This document shows positions 36,131 through 48,700 of a DNA stretch of 64,000 nt, one piece after another (the stretch's first letter is position 1; every line of letters starts with the position of its first letter). The stretch spans positions 20,412,803 to 20,476,802 of the forward strand of contig OZ316895.1 of the NCBI GenBank assembly GCA_973895155.1, read 5' to 3'. Made by a program: the position numbers and the translations under genes. The DNA is from Marsupella aquatica (taxonomy: Eukaryota > Plantae > Marchantiophyta). Under the pieces are notes generated by a model. The model was given only the letters and a program-made list of their open reading frames with translations, had not been told where the DNA came from and did not search any database.

Positions 36131-38520
36131 ATGAAGCTCACCGGATGTTGCACATACCCAACTGACGTGTGGAAACGTTTTGCTTGCGCAGCACCGATCT
36201 TCTCTCTGGGGGAGTTTGTTGTTGGTACGCTTGCAAGAGGGGTGAGTACACGCTAAACCAAAGCATTTCATTATTTTTAGGCTTGATGCAAGCCTGAGCA
36301 CAGAGGGGACTTCATGGAATTACCTGAATTTGGCATTTCGTTCTTCAACTGAAGGAGCTTTCTTTCTACATTTTGAGGTCTAATAGGAGAGCTTGAATCT
36401 GCAGATGGAAAACTTTTATGGTGCTCTTCATAAAGTAATGCGGAAGTGGAGCAATGATGTTGTAGTTCGCAGCCTTCTGAATTTGATGGTGAGGACTACT
36501 TAACCTCTTCCTGTACTTGGCCTGGAATCTCACATTCGGGAAGTGCAGAATGTTTCCACTACATCCTCCACGCCGCCCGCACGTCCCGCTGAATGGTTTA
36601 TGTTGATTTCTGTTGTTCCATTCGATAGTGAGAGAGCTGTTCCATTTCTTTTTATCTCGCGCTTTGATCTGATGTTCTATGGTGGTCGTTTGGTGGACTT
36701 GATCAGGTCATTTTGAATCCACGGCTGAATGTTCGTCAGCAACGTCAATTAATGGTTAGTTTTGCTCGCGCTCCCAGTCTCTCCCTCACTTTCATTCAGC
36801 AGTACAAATTCAAAATTAATTCATTGTTTGTTCACAGTTCTGCAGACATTTTGTAAAATTATGAGCTCTTGTGGTCTGATCATACCGCGATGCTGCCAAT
36901 TTGCTTGCAGACAATATTACTCAGAACAGTTGATAACCTCATCTGGGAGCGTTCTTTAGACATTAGAGTGATGAGGTAAGCAGACGTTTGTAGGAGTACT
37001 GATACAATTACGTCCTTTGTGTTTGCAAAAGATTGCCTTGGGTAACTGTCCTCTACAATGTTCTGTCAGTTGCTCCCTTCAATCAGGCTAAAACTTGGGC
37101 TGAATGTACTTGTTCTTTTGCAGTGGTATTATGGCTTTAGCTTGTCCGAATCAAGACACCGGCCTTCTATTTGGCTACTTGGTAAGTAATCTATGAATCC
37201 TATGATAGTATTCAGTCCTCTTCCAGGGTTTGTTGTGAAGTTCCTGACATGAACCTAGAGCTCCATACAGATGCCCTAGCTATGGATAGTTTCCGTAGAT
37301 TTTCTCATGGCCCATTTATCCCCTAACTGAGAGTATTCGTGAATTCGGTACAGATGGAGGTCATAGCAGGTTTGGCCTGCTACAATGGTCAAGCAGAGGA
37401 TATTATTGATCCGCAAACAACGACGACCCAGCTGGATCTCGAGGCTAGGATGGTGAATTCAGTTCAAGTAATTCCTAACTTCTTTACCGCTATCTAGATC
37501 GAAGAATGTTCTGTCTCTAAATCCTCAATGTTTTGTAGCCCTATGATATGTAAGAACACACTTATTTGCCCGGAAATCATGACGACACTGATGCTTTGAT
37601 GGGACTTTTGCAGACTGAGAAAGAGGATGTGAAGGCAGCACAAGCGCTGTACCATCATTTCACTATCGAGCAGTCGTATGTCGCAGCCATGTCCCCAAAG
37701 GTACGTTCGACATACCCTCTTGCAGAAACCCGTACCTCCCATCGTCACATGAGTACCAATCGACAATGACAAATCCCAGCTTCATGTCACATCGTAAACA
37801 TAATGATGGACTGAAACTCATAGAGGTCTGATTGCTTTTGTTCCTTGGACGTCACTGCAGGTTAGGAAGGCTGTTCTCTCAGCTCTGACTGGTGGAATGG
37901 AGTTCCCACCACAACTCCAAAGCTGGGTTTTCCAGTCGAAGCAACGTTCACCTCCAATTTGTCCCATCACATTAGAACCTCTGTTGCGACACGTGAGTGT
38001 TCCATTCTCGAAAGCTTGGTGATTTTTAGATGTTCATCTGTATTGACTTGTCAGAACATCCCTACCCTTGTCAATCATCTTGCAACAACATCAATCTCTT
38101 CTTGTGAACTATTCTGAAATGCCACTAATTTGACGACTTTGTTTACAGGATGGGACTATGGCTTCGGACGTTGTCGCTGTCATACAAAGGAGCAACACAC
38201 TGGGGAAAGAACACGCGGTATGTTTTCTACCTTATTGTGTCTGATCTCGATAGGTCACAAGCATGGCGCAGGATTCTATCTGTCCGCATCACATGTCCAC
38301 CACGTCACTTCTTCTTCTTCGCCATTTCCGCTAAACTTGTGCTAGTTTTTAAGGATTCTCAGCACCTCCGTAAGCAATACATCTAACGACTGTTCTGCGT
38401 GTCTTACAGTTCCTTTACCGAGGGCGAGCATTGTATGGCTGGCTTGGACAGTCTTCAGTCCCTCGTAACCCCGAGACTCGATCGTTGGTGAGACCTACCG
38501 ACATCTACAGATTATCGTAG
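36131..38520 (+). CDS. Nine-exon gene (~277 aa) with a C-terminal divergent U-box/RING-like domain; putative E3 ligase
   Basis: Phase-consistent GT-AG exons: 36131-36241, 36387-36488, 36911-36975, 37124-37181, 37354-37452, 37614-37700, 37861-37992, 38149-38217, 38410-38520. The C-terminus reads ICPITLEPLL...HAFLYRGRALYGWL...PRNPETRSLVRPTDIYRLS*. The first two exons and the start codon are less certain. Confidence 0.75.
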
Positions 38521-39759
38521 CAACACTCAAATGTGTAGGCATTTATAGCTTTTCTCTCCTCTCAGCCCCAATTGTAATAGTCAACAAACGTAGAAAGGTA
38601 CCCAAATCAAAGTGTAATTTTATTAAGCTGGTGTACCATCGGATCCCTAAAATGGGGTGAAGTTAGAGATTCTTAGTGCAGGCATTTATAACCCATTACA
38701 GCCATTTCACATCGTGGCAAAGGAGGAGTATTGTTCCGGCTCCCTGATTCATAGGATGTGCCTTTAGCTATAGGGTTCATGATTCGAAGGATATGCCTTT
38801 AGCTATAGAATTAAATTACGGAGACCGATATACTCAATTTGTAAAGATAGAAAGGACGAGTCTGATTTCGGGGTTCTACATTCTTAGGCAATGCCTATCG
38901 CAGAAGGATTCCACGAGCGAAGCCAGCGCCAGAATTGTCAAGCAGTACTCACCCGACCTGCCAACGCGTACGCTGACGGTCTGAGGTGTATGCCACAGAG
39001 TGAGCTCCCGTGCGCGGCTGGATTTTTTAGCCATATGATGAATAAATGAGAGGTGTGGCGAAGACACCGCCCACCTTCCTGCTATGGCATTTTCATGTGA
39101 CCGATGTTTTTCCGACCTGCTGAGCTAGGTGCCCTCTGTAGTTGGACCGGTAGTTAATTGGATTTATTGTTCTTGAGTTAGGTTTCCAGAGATCCATTCG
39201 TGGTCGAATGCCATTGCGTTAGACTATTTCCACAGAGTGCGCTCGTGATATTATTCATCACTTTGCATGCAAGGCTTTGATCCTTTTTCTGGACTGTGTG
39301 TGTTTGGCTCCTGTTTAGCCCAATGCAATGGATTGTTTCGTGCATGATCGGCAATTTTAGGGAGCTCCTTGGATTGTTTCGGACATCGTGCTTTCTGGCT
39401 TAGTACGTCTGCAAAGTAAGGACGATTCTTTCGGATTGCACATTTGGGGAGTAGGAATGTGCCATTACGGAATCCTGGCTGGATTGGTGTTGTTGTTCTA
39501 CAAGACCTTTGCGCCGTTTACTTCTGAGCAGAGGTTCCCGTCTTGGTCTTAGAATGTATTCCACGGCCTTGTCTGGGTCAATTCGTTGGAAACTTCATTG
39601 ATTGTAAACAGGGGTGAATGGGCAGTTCTGCAAGTTGGCAATGTCACTGTTCTGTTCTGAGCGGCCTCCCAAACATATCGCAGATCTTTGCTTTTCGCAT
39701 CTAGCTCGAAGATCTGAGCTCGAAAATCTTTGTCCTTGGTTTCCTTGGTTTCCTTGTTT

Positions 39760-40170
39760 CCAGATTCTGAGCTTCGCTTCCAATGTAGTGTCTCGTTCTT
39801 GAGAACCGTCCGCAGATCAGACACAGCAAGGAGGAAACCACTCGGACCTTCGCTTTTCTCATCCAGCTCAAAGCCCTGAGCTCGTCCAGAATCTTCTTCT
39901 TTGGGTTCAATCTCCGGTCTCCAGATTCTGAGCTGAGCTTCCAATTTCGTATCTCGTTTTGGAGAAATGTGCACAGCTTCACAGCAAGAAGGAAACCACT
40001 CGGACCTTTGCTTTTCGCATGCAGCTTAAAGACCTGAGCTCATCCAAACTCTTCTTAGTTGCGTTCAATCTTCGGTCTCCAGGTTCTGAGCTGAGCTTCC
40101 AATTTAGTATCTCGTTTTGGAGAACTGTGCACAGATCAGGCACATCAAGAATGAAACCACCCGGACCTCA
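39760..40170. repeat. Tandem repeat, ~159-160-bp unit, ~2.6 copies plus an upstream partial copy
   Basis: CCAG(A/G)TTCTGAGCT at ~39760, 39920 and 40079; GAAACCAC(T/C)CGGACCT occurs three times. Confidence 0.85.
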
Positions 40171-40384
40171 GGCATGAGCGACGGGCGAGCGAAGCTGACA
40201 GGAGCATGAGGTCAAGAGGCAGAGATGTATGAATCACCCACATCTTTACACGCAAGGCCTAGTCACATGCTTCTTCTAGGGGCCATCTAACCTGATTACC
40301 TGACTACTCATGCCGTGGTATGGGGGGCATGATTTTGCATTAGCAGTAGCCTAAGTGCTCAAGCTCTGCTATTAATGCTAGTAA

Positions 40385-40600
40385 ATAGATGGTAAATAGA
40401 TGGGTGAGTACCACAGGCCTGGTTGATTTTTAATAAGGAGTATCCTATATACTGAAGCTTTGCTTGTAAATCGATGGTGAGTACCACCTGCCTGGTAACT
40501 GGATGGTGAGTACCACAGGCCGGGTTGATTTTTTTATTAGCAGTAGCCTAACTGCTTCTAGCTTTGCTTGTAAATGGATAGTAAGTACCATGCACTTGGT
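40385..40600. repeat. Cluster of short degenerate repeats
   Basis: GATGGTGAGTACCAC-like motif about four times; TTAGCAGTAGCCTAA and AGCTTTGCTTGTAAAT twice each in or next to this interval. Confidence 0.6.
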
Positions 40601-42808
40601 TAGCTTGTACGCATGCCCCTGGAGTCAGGGTCTACAGGCTTCACTCTGGACCATTGGCTCTTATCCTAGCTTTTGATTGCACTTCTCCTGCACCCGCAAG
40701 TTTTTCTCTCTCCCAAGGTCCTCCCCTTCCTTGCCCAATTTCCTCCCCTCTCTCTCTCTCCTTGAGAGAGACAGTTTGTGGAAGGTAGCACTCCCTTGAG
40801 GCTGCACCGCCATGCCAGTGACTACCTTCCTCCCTTTGGTAGATAGATTAGACACAAATGGTGAAGAGCACTCTAAGCAAACCTCTGTCCTCACAATACC
40901 TTTTTTACACAGTTGGTGTGTTGCATGACATAGGGGTCAATTATTCACTGTTTTGAGGAGGGCCAAGGTTATTGGTTTTAGTAACTCTAGTCAAATTCCT
41001 GTGTGTGACCCTCTTATGGGATTTACTCTTGAACTTGACCAGGTTTTCCAGTTTAATGTTGAATAGGACTTTTATAGTTCTTTTGCAGCTGGGTGGGATT
41101 CTCCTGTTTTTTAGCTCTTTGGTCATCCGGGGTTTTTCATTGTTTTCTCCCCTCATTTGGTCTCCTACCTTTTGAATCTTGTTTTCCTTTTGACAATTTT
41201 TGTTCTTTGGCAGTGCAATATGTATAATAATATCATGACCCTCTCTTTGTGCATGAATCACAAATCCAATTTGGAAATGTTTCCCTCGATATTCTGATCA
41301 TCTCCAGTTTGCCCCCATAAGAAATTAAAGGTTTAGGCATTACTTCTTTGGCAAAAGAAACCAACCTTAGGCAGGGCACCCCAGATGGCAGAAGGCAAGT
41401 GCAAACCCTGTCCAAATTAAGAGTTCATGAGTGATGAGGTTAGCCTCATTGAAAACCAAGAGCAGCAGCAAAGAAAATATTGCCACAGGTCAAATCCAAC
41501 AAACCCAAAATAATTATTTGATCTATTCAAACCAACCACTGTGTTCATGTTTGAAAGAGGTCCACCACATAGAAAACCAAGATCAGCCACACACAAAAAT
41601 ACAACACAAAGAAATAGGGCATGTCAAAGCATGATCATACGACATGTTTTCATCCTCCATGTTTAGCTGTAAATCTACTTGCAAGAATTTTTATGGGGAG
41701 GGGGTGCGTGGTTTTGACTGCTCCTATAAAGATTCACTAGCCCCAATTACCAGTCCTTTGAATGTGAATGGAAGAGAGGACAATAAAAGTGTTACCAAAA
41801 TATATTCTCTATTCATATTCTTTGAAAGTTAATGAAATGATAAAAAAAACTCATCATTTTAATAATGATATATAATATACCATTCTCCTTTCTGTGTACA
41901 TGAGTCTTTGTATCCACAATCCTTCTTTCTATGTACATATGTTGTGATGGGGCCATACTGCCCATTTTTTGAATGTAAATACTTAGAAATTATCACAAAA
42001 AAATTGCATGTGTCGTTGACATACATCATAGTCATAAGTTTTTCCATGCACATGAGTTTTTCCATGCACATGATGACCATGGAGTTACGGTCTAGCGACT
42101 TCACTCTAGAAAGTAGACTTCACTCTAGAAAGTAGACTTCAGTTGAGACTTTTATAGTAAGATCAAGTGATTATAATTTCAATTTACAGTTGGTGACAAA
42201 GCATGACACAATTGCATACTAATAGCGCTTTGTGACTCGGGCCACTCAAAAACCGGATGGATGTCTACCCTCAAGACAATCAATCTTTAGGTGTCTGAGC
42301 CTTATGGGAACATTTATGGGTGCCCCGTAAGGACTGTCTTGGCCATACAAATGTTTTATGTCCGTGGGTGTAACTCATTTACCCCCATGCTTAGATACTC
42401 CCTATGTGAACAGTTCAAATCCTGTGCATACTATTCTTTTCTGAAAGAGGTCCACTTCATTAATTACCAAGACTAGCGTCTTTCTACTGAGACTTGTGCA
42501 GAGAATTGAGGCGCCCTTCGCCGTGAGATAGTTTCGAAGTGGCTGCAATCGGGGCGGGAGTGAGAACTGGATTTCACAGTTCTCGTCACTCCAATGTTGC
42601 TACTACGGTAGTGCTGTGGGTTATTGGGTCGCTGGAGTTGGTATGGAAACCGCCTGGATCGCCGAGGACGAGTTGTAGAGAAGGAAGCTGGTAATCGGAA
42701 GGTCAGGTCAATTCGGGAGCTTCAATTTTGTGGCGAACATTGCGTCATCGTGATGCTTGATGCGTAAGAAACCGTGAATACTTTTCCCCAACCAATCTCT
42801 GAGGTACG

Positions 42809-43220
42809 TTTGTTCTTACTCTGCTCTTGTTGTTTCTGAAAAGTCTCTCTCTCGGCAATCGTTCCAATTTGTGTCTGTCGGAATTTTTGGTTACCCTTGT
42901 GTGAATTATTGCTTCCCGCTTAGCTGACATGAGGCGTGTATGAATTTCTCCTGTTGGGTTCTAAAAGCTTCCTTGGCAATTGTTCTAATGTGTTTCGAAC
43001 TGTTTTGGTTTCATTTGTTCTTACTCTGCTCTTGTTGTTTCTGAAAAGTCTCTCTCTCGGCAATCGTTCCAATATGTGTCTGTCGGAATTTTTGGTTACC
43101 CTTGTGTGAATTGCTTCCCGCTTAGCTGACATGAGGCGTGTATGAATTTCTCCTGTTGGGTTCTAAAAGCTTCCTCGGCAATTGTTCTAATGTGTTTCGA
43201 ACTGTTTTGGTTTCATTTGT
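42809..43220 (+). repeat. Near-perfect tandem duplication (205/202 bp) just inside a probable 5'-UTR intron upstream of the GlnA4-like gene
   Basis: Copies start at 42809 and 43014 and differ by ~2 substitutions and a 3-bp indel. GAG|GTACG donor-like site at ~42804. Confidence 0.9.
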
Positions 43221-44076
43221 GTTCTTGCTTCCGCTTAGCTGAACTGAGAGTGTACGAACCTCTCCTTTGAGCTGGGGTTCAAACCAGCACGCTGCTTTAT
43301 CATTTCTGTTTGATACCTTGGAACGTAATGATCCTGCAAAGTGAGCTGTCCCCCAAAATGTGGCTCTGAGTTTTTCACATGAACTGCTGCAGGACGAGGT
43401 CCATGCTGGTGGTTCTGTAGAATTGGCTGCTGCAGGGTCTGTGACAGGTCTAGCTACCCACCCACCTTCGAGCACGGATTCCCCAGAACAGCAAAGATCT
43501 ACAACAATAAGTCGATAGCAATTGGGACAACTGCTTGGATCGGATGCTTCCAGAGCTCCACAACAAATCATATTGTGTGGGTGGTCACCAGAGCTCTACC
43601 TCACCGCACGCTTCTAACGAGGGGGCTGGATTTGGGTTCTGTCCAGTACTTTGACATTAGTTTTAGCATGTAGGGTGCAATTCGGATTGTGGGCTGTCTC
43701 CAGAGCTCTAGCATAAGTTGCAAGAGCTCTTTGATCGTCATAGTGACAATGGCTTCTTCAACTCTGCGAAAGGCGACTTGGCTTCACTCTGGTCGCTTCA
43801 ATTCAACTGAAGAGACTCCTCGCAACTTATGTCATCTTGAGAAGTCGTGGTAAGGTGCTGCGACAACCGCAATTGGATCTGCACGACTGCGTCAAAACGT
43901 CTCTGCGGTTTGCTTTTGCTGATAACTATTTTTCTCACGGTTTCGATCAAGTCTTGAATCGGTGCTGTTCTTTGTTCCACTGCGGTACCGGTACCCTAGT
44001 CGAATTTACCGTACTGCCATCAGAATCCCCTTAAAACGAATCTATTTTGAATATTTTGATTGGGAACCAAGGAGCG

Positions 44077-45729
44077 ATGGCTTCTTCAAGGATGGCTTCT
44101 TCAACTCTGCGAAAGGCGGCTTGGCTTCATTCTAGTCGCTTCAATTCAACTGGAGCGAGGAGTCTCTTCTCCGCCGTTGCAGGAGCTCTTGAACCCATTG
44201 TAAGGAATGACCCGCTTTCTGGAATTAAGCTGGGACTTACTATTCCCACTCCCTCAGTAGCAGCCGGGGTTGCTACTTCCACTCCTTGGGTGTGGAAACA
44301 TCAGCAAGGGCAATTTTCAACTGCCACCCTGAAGAAAGTGACGAAGGAGACCAGGGTGAAAGGAATGCTTACAGTCGATGAGCTAAAGCATCTTGTGGAG
44401 GATGATTTGATTGACACTGTGGTGGTCGGCCTGACTGATTGCTATGGACGCCTCGTTGGAAAGAGATACACAGCGCATTTCTTCTTGGAGAGTGCTGTAT
44501 CTGATGGGACTCATGCTTGCTCTTACCTACTCGCCACAGATATGGACATGGAGCCAGTTCCAGGCTACAGATTTGCTAGCTGGGAGCAGGGCTATGGGGA
44601 TATTCATTTGGTGCCTGATATGAAGTCTCTTCGTGTTGCAAGCTGGCTGAAAAAGACAGCCCTTGTCCTGTGTGATGTGGTAGATGAGGAGACCCATAAG
44701 CTTGCACCACATGCTCCGAGATCAGTCTTGAAAAAACAGATCAATGAAGCACACAAATTTGCTGGTTTTACACCAATGGCAGCTTCCGAATTGGAGTATT
44801 TTTTGTACAGAGACAATTTTGAACAGGCTAAGAGAAAAGGGTATACGGGATTGGAGCCAGTCGGTTGGCACAGGGAGGACTATCACATCCTGCAAGGATC
44901 ACGTGAGGAGTTCTTCAATGGCCCTGCACGCTGGCATCTGGATGCTTCTGGTGTGCCAGTTGAAAATAGTAAAGGTGAGTTTGGCATAGGTCAGCATGAG
45001 CTCAATGTCAAGTATGCTGAAATCCTTGAAATGGCAGATCGGCATGTCGTGTATAAGCAATGCTTGAAGGAGCTTGCAGATCAATTACAAGTCTCCGTCA
45101 CATTTATGGCTAAGCCTCATGTGGACCAGCCTGGCTCAAGTAGTCATCTCCACTTGAGTCTTTCAAAGGACGGAAAGAATATCTTTGATGGGGACAAGAA
45201 ACTCGGAGCAATGTCTTGTAGTGATGAATTTCGATGGTTTCTTGGAGGTTGGATGAAGCATACTCCAGCACTTATGGTGTTCTATGCTCCAAATGTCAAT
45301 TCGTACAAGCGATTCATTTCTGGAAGTTGGGCCCCCACTCAAATTGTATGGAGTAGGGACAATCGAACAGCGCCATTCCGTCTAATTGGTGCAGGCAAGT
45401 CATTACGCATCGAGTGCAGATTACCAGGGGCAGATTGCAATCCGTATTTGGCGTTTGCAGCAGCACTTGCATCAGGACTGGATGGCATTCGACATAAAAT
45501 TGAACCACCAGCAGGGTTTGAGGGTGATGTGTATAAGGGTGAGAATCTCTTACGCGTTCCACAAACTTTGGGAGAAGCGGCGAATTTGTTTCAAAACAGT
45601 GCATTTGCAAAAAAGATCCTGGGAGATGATGTACATCATCACTACGCCCATTTTTTCCAAACAGAATATATCTCGTATCAGCAAGCTGTCACTGACTGGG
45701 AAAGGAACCGGTACTTTGAGCAAATCTAA
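44077..45729 (+). CDS. Bacterial-type glutamine-synthetase-like protein (GlnA4 / gamma-glutamyl-amine ligase subfamily) with an N-terminal organellar targeting extension; CDS has no introns
   Basis: Uninterrupted 550-codon ORF. GS-I fold motifs IDTV...GRLVGKR, SWEQGYGD, ASELEYFL, KGEFGIGQHELN, MAKP..GSSSHLHLS, DNRT, RIECRLPGADCNPY and VTDWERNRYFEQI. The ~95-aa extension is S/R/A-rich and poor in acidic residues. Confidence 0.92.
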   Translation: MASSRMASSTLRKAAWLHSSRFNSTGARSLFSAVAGALEPIVRNDPLSGIKLGLTIPTPSVAAGVATSTPWVWKHQQGQFSTATLKKVTKETRVKGMLTVDELKHLVEDDLIDTVVVGLTDCYGRLVGKRYTAHFFLESAVSDGTHACSYLLATDMDMEPVPGYRFASWEQGYGDIHLVPDMKSLRVASWLKKTALVLCDVVDEETHKLAPHAPRSVLKKQINEAHKFAGFTPMAASELEYFLYRDNFEQAKRKGYTGLEPVGWHREDYHILQGSREEFFNGPARWHLDASGVPVENSKGEFGIGQHELNVKYAEILEMADRHVVYKQCLKELADQLQVSVTFMAKPHVDQPGSSSHLHLSLSKDGKNIFDGDKKLGAMSCSDEFRWFLGGWMKHTPALMVFYAPNVNSYKRFISGSWAPTQIVWSRDNRTAPFRLIGAGKSLRIECRLPGADCNPYLAFAAALASGLDGIRHKIEPPAGFEGDVYKGENLLRVPQTLGEAANLFQNSAFAKKILGDDVHHHYAHFFQTEYISYQQAVTDWERNRYFEQI

Positions 45730-48700
45730 GATAGCCCCCATCAGATACAATAAGGTGGAAAAAGTGTTTGTAGCATGTTACAACGGCCATGTGCTAGAAA
45801 CCTGAAGGCAAAACGGGATCACTCGTGGATTCTCTAGAGAGTCACATCTGGGCAGAGCATGTTTTGTTATTCAGCACACAATTATAGATCTACGCATGAA
45901 TATTTGAGTGTATCAAGGTAGAGCTTCTATAAGTGCCTTTTACCTACTTGGTTAAAGAAGTCGCCAAGCGTTCAGTGCACATTAACAGGAGCAGATTGCG
46001 ATCAGTATTCGGCACTTGCAGCACGATGTGCGTCAGAATTTGAGGCATTTGTCAAAAAATGGAGCCATCAGGAGGATTTGAAGGTGACGTATATAAATAA
46101 ACAAACTTCACAAAAGTTGGGAAAGTGGAGGTCTTGTTCCGAGACAATTTAGACCTTCACCATTCCCATTTTAAAAAGACAGAATAATTCATGTCTGCAA
46201 TTTGTCTACTCGTGGGAAGAGAACCGCTCCTTTGTAAGGAACCACACTTCACAGCTGCAGAGTATAGATAGCATGTCGCAATAACCAAGAGGCAAGTTGA
46301 ACCTCCACATGCGTCTTCTAATGCAGGCTCAATCCGAGGCCACAGGAGGACCAAAGTATTATATCTCCCTCCTACGATGGGGAGCTCCCAAGGTTCGACA
46401 ATATTTGGACCTCATTCTGTGTTTTTCCGGTTACAATGGAAAACATTGTTGAATGACGTTTAAGCTTGCCCGTTGGACCCTCTGAAGTACATAAGCAGCA
46501 TGACATTGCATAAACAGTCAGCTTCCAAGACGTATATTCTCCTGTCTGGCCCTACTTTGGATTGGGCTGATCCTGCTTTTCACATACTGGCATTGTTCGT
46601 TTAGTTCCATCTTCTGTGAGATAAGAAGAGAATTGCAATGGGTCCAACAGGAAAGAATCACAAGCCAGCTTGGTCAATCCTTGCGTTGTATGTATGTTGG
46701 CCATGTATGTTGCTTGATAGTATAGCACTGGAAGTTTCCGAAATCAGGGGAGCTTCTTGCTTGGATCCCCACTCTTTCATTGGCAATTAATAGCGTTGTT
46801 TTCTCGAGCAGTTGATGGACTCAGAAAGTAACATTCTGGCACGGTCCACATCTCAGATTTTACGTTCCTCGTTGATTTGTGAACCTCAGTCAGTCAACTA
46901 ATAGAAACAGACTCCACCACAGTTGCAGTTACCATTCCTTTAAACTTTGATCCGACTAGCTTCGATCGAATGTGACTATGGGATAACCTCATCATACATT
47001 TGGCTACAAAAAGCTGACTGTATCTATGTAGACACTGCAACTCGTTTTGTTTTCACTCCTTCACAGGTTCCATTTGTTCAATGGATTTGTCGTAACTGAG
47101 ATGGACAGGACGAGATCAATTCCCGTGCAGTGGATGCTTGTAGATATCAGAAACCTCTTGATCCAGTACCTCGAATAGCCAACCTCTGAATTAATTTCTA
47201 AAATTTCGTCTTTATGGTTAATTTCTTCTCTTGCAAATATCTCCATCAAGCGTTATTTGAAGACACTTCACACGGTGGATTGAAATGAGAATCAAAGGTA
47301 GAGAACTCAATACTCTTAAAGTGGAAGCTTGTAGAAATCGGAATATAATGGATCCCTCAACTCAGAGAACATGTATTGCCAGATTAACAGGGGAACCCGC
47401 TCTTAACCAGAACTTCCACTGATTGCAACAGTTTGAGAGACCATTCTTTATGCTAAATGGAGAGTTTTTACTGGGCTCTTTTCACATGCACGCGTCCAGA
47501 AATGCTGCCAACATTGATAAATTAGAAGGTGTTATTGCCCAGATAATCCTCGAAATTTCTACAAGCTTGCAATATGGATCATAACATGTGTTTGCTCACT
47601 GCCAGGTTGTTTGACTCAATTTTCAAAAGAGCCATTAGATGTAATCTTCCAGATTTACAATTTTTGTAATTTTATATTTAAGTAAAGTAAAAGATAAGCT
47701 TCGAAAGAGCAATAAGTTCAAAAAAGGGTTTGAACCAGGGTTTATGTGGGGAGAGTGCAAACACCACCATCCTCATCCTCTTGCAAGGGACACCAATGAC
47801 TCTCGTTCTTGTCTCGTGTGGACAAGGTGCCAAGTTGTAAATTGAGGGCTTGGACCTCTTTGAAATTTCAGGGAGTAACCAAGGTTTCTCAAGACAATTG
47901 GAGAAATGTACAAACCAATGGCAAGTTTCCTGGCACTGCTAAGGACACTCGATATCATCGTCCATTTGAAGTAGGATTCAGAATTTCGGGGCGACTATTT
48001 ACTCGTTGGAAAGGATAACATGAGCACGGCAAAATTAGACTTGACTGCTATTTGTGGTGGTGACAGGATTGGCTACATTGATTTCATTTCCGGGTAATGA
48101 ACGACCTTCATTCTTCAGTTTCACAACCTCAAATAGTGGATTGAACTTCTTGTTTGTGCACTCTGATAGGGGTTACTCTGTTATTCTGAGGGGTTATTCT
48201 GGCAGTGCATCAAGCTCTCAACGGAAATTAAAAATGTACTCCTTAATTACAAACCCTTGAAATCTTTGAAATGTTGATTTTTTCATTATTGGAAGACTCT
48301 CGTCTTCAATGAAAACATCCAGGTTGTTTAAGAAAAATCGATGAAAACTAAAGACGTCAAGTTCTTTGTGTCCACTTGATAGGGATTTCTCTTTCACTTG
48401 TGTGGATTCGCGTGAACTACATACGACATGGGTTAGAATTTGACGTGATCACCTGATCCTCTACTCGGGTGCAAGATCTTGGATTTTGCGCGTACCAAAG
48501 TGAGATTTTAACTTCATCATTTCGGTCCATTGAGCAACCGTAGTATGCATGAAATGGGGTACTGACTGAGATTTCTCTATGGATCATCCTCGCTGTTGAC
48601 AGTTCTTGTGGTTGACAATATATAATTTCATAGAACCGTTTAGCACTCATTCTTTCAGACATGGTTAGACAGTTTGTCTTCCTCAAAGACTTTCTTTAGA

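Noticed and set aside
39355-39375. AGGGAGCTCC resembling miR319/miR159
   Set aside because: Only 10 nt match and I see no precursor hairpin.
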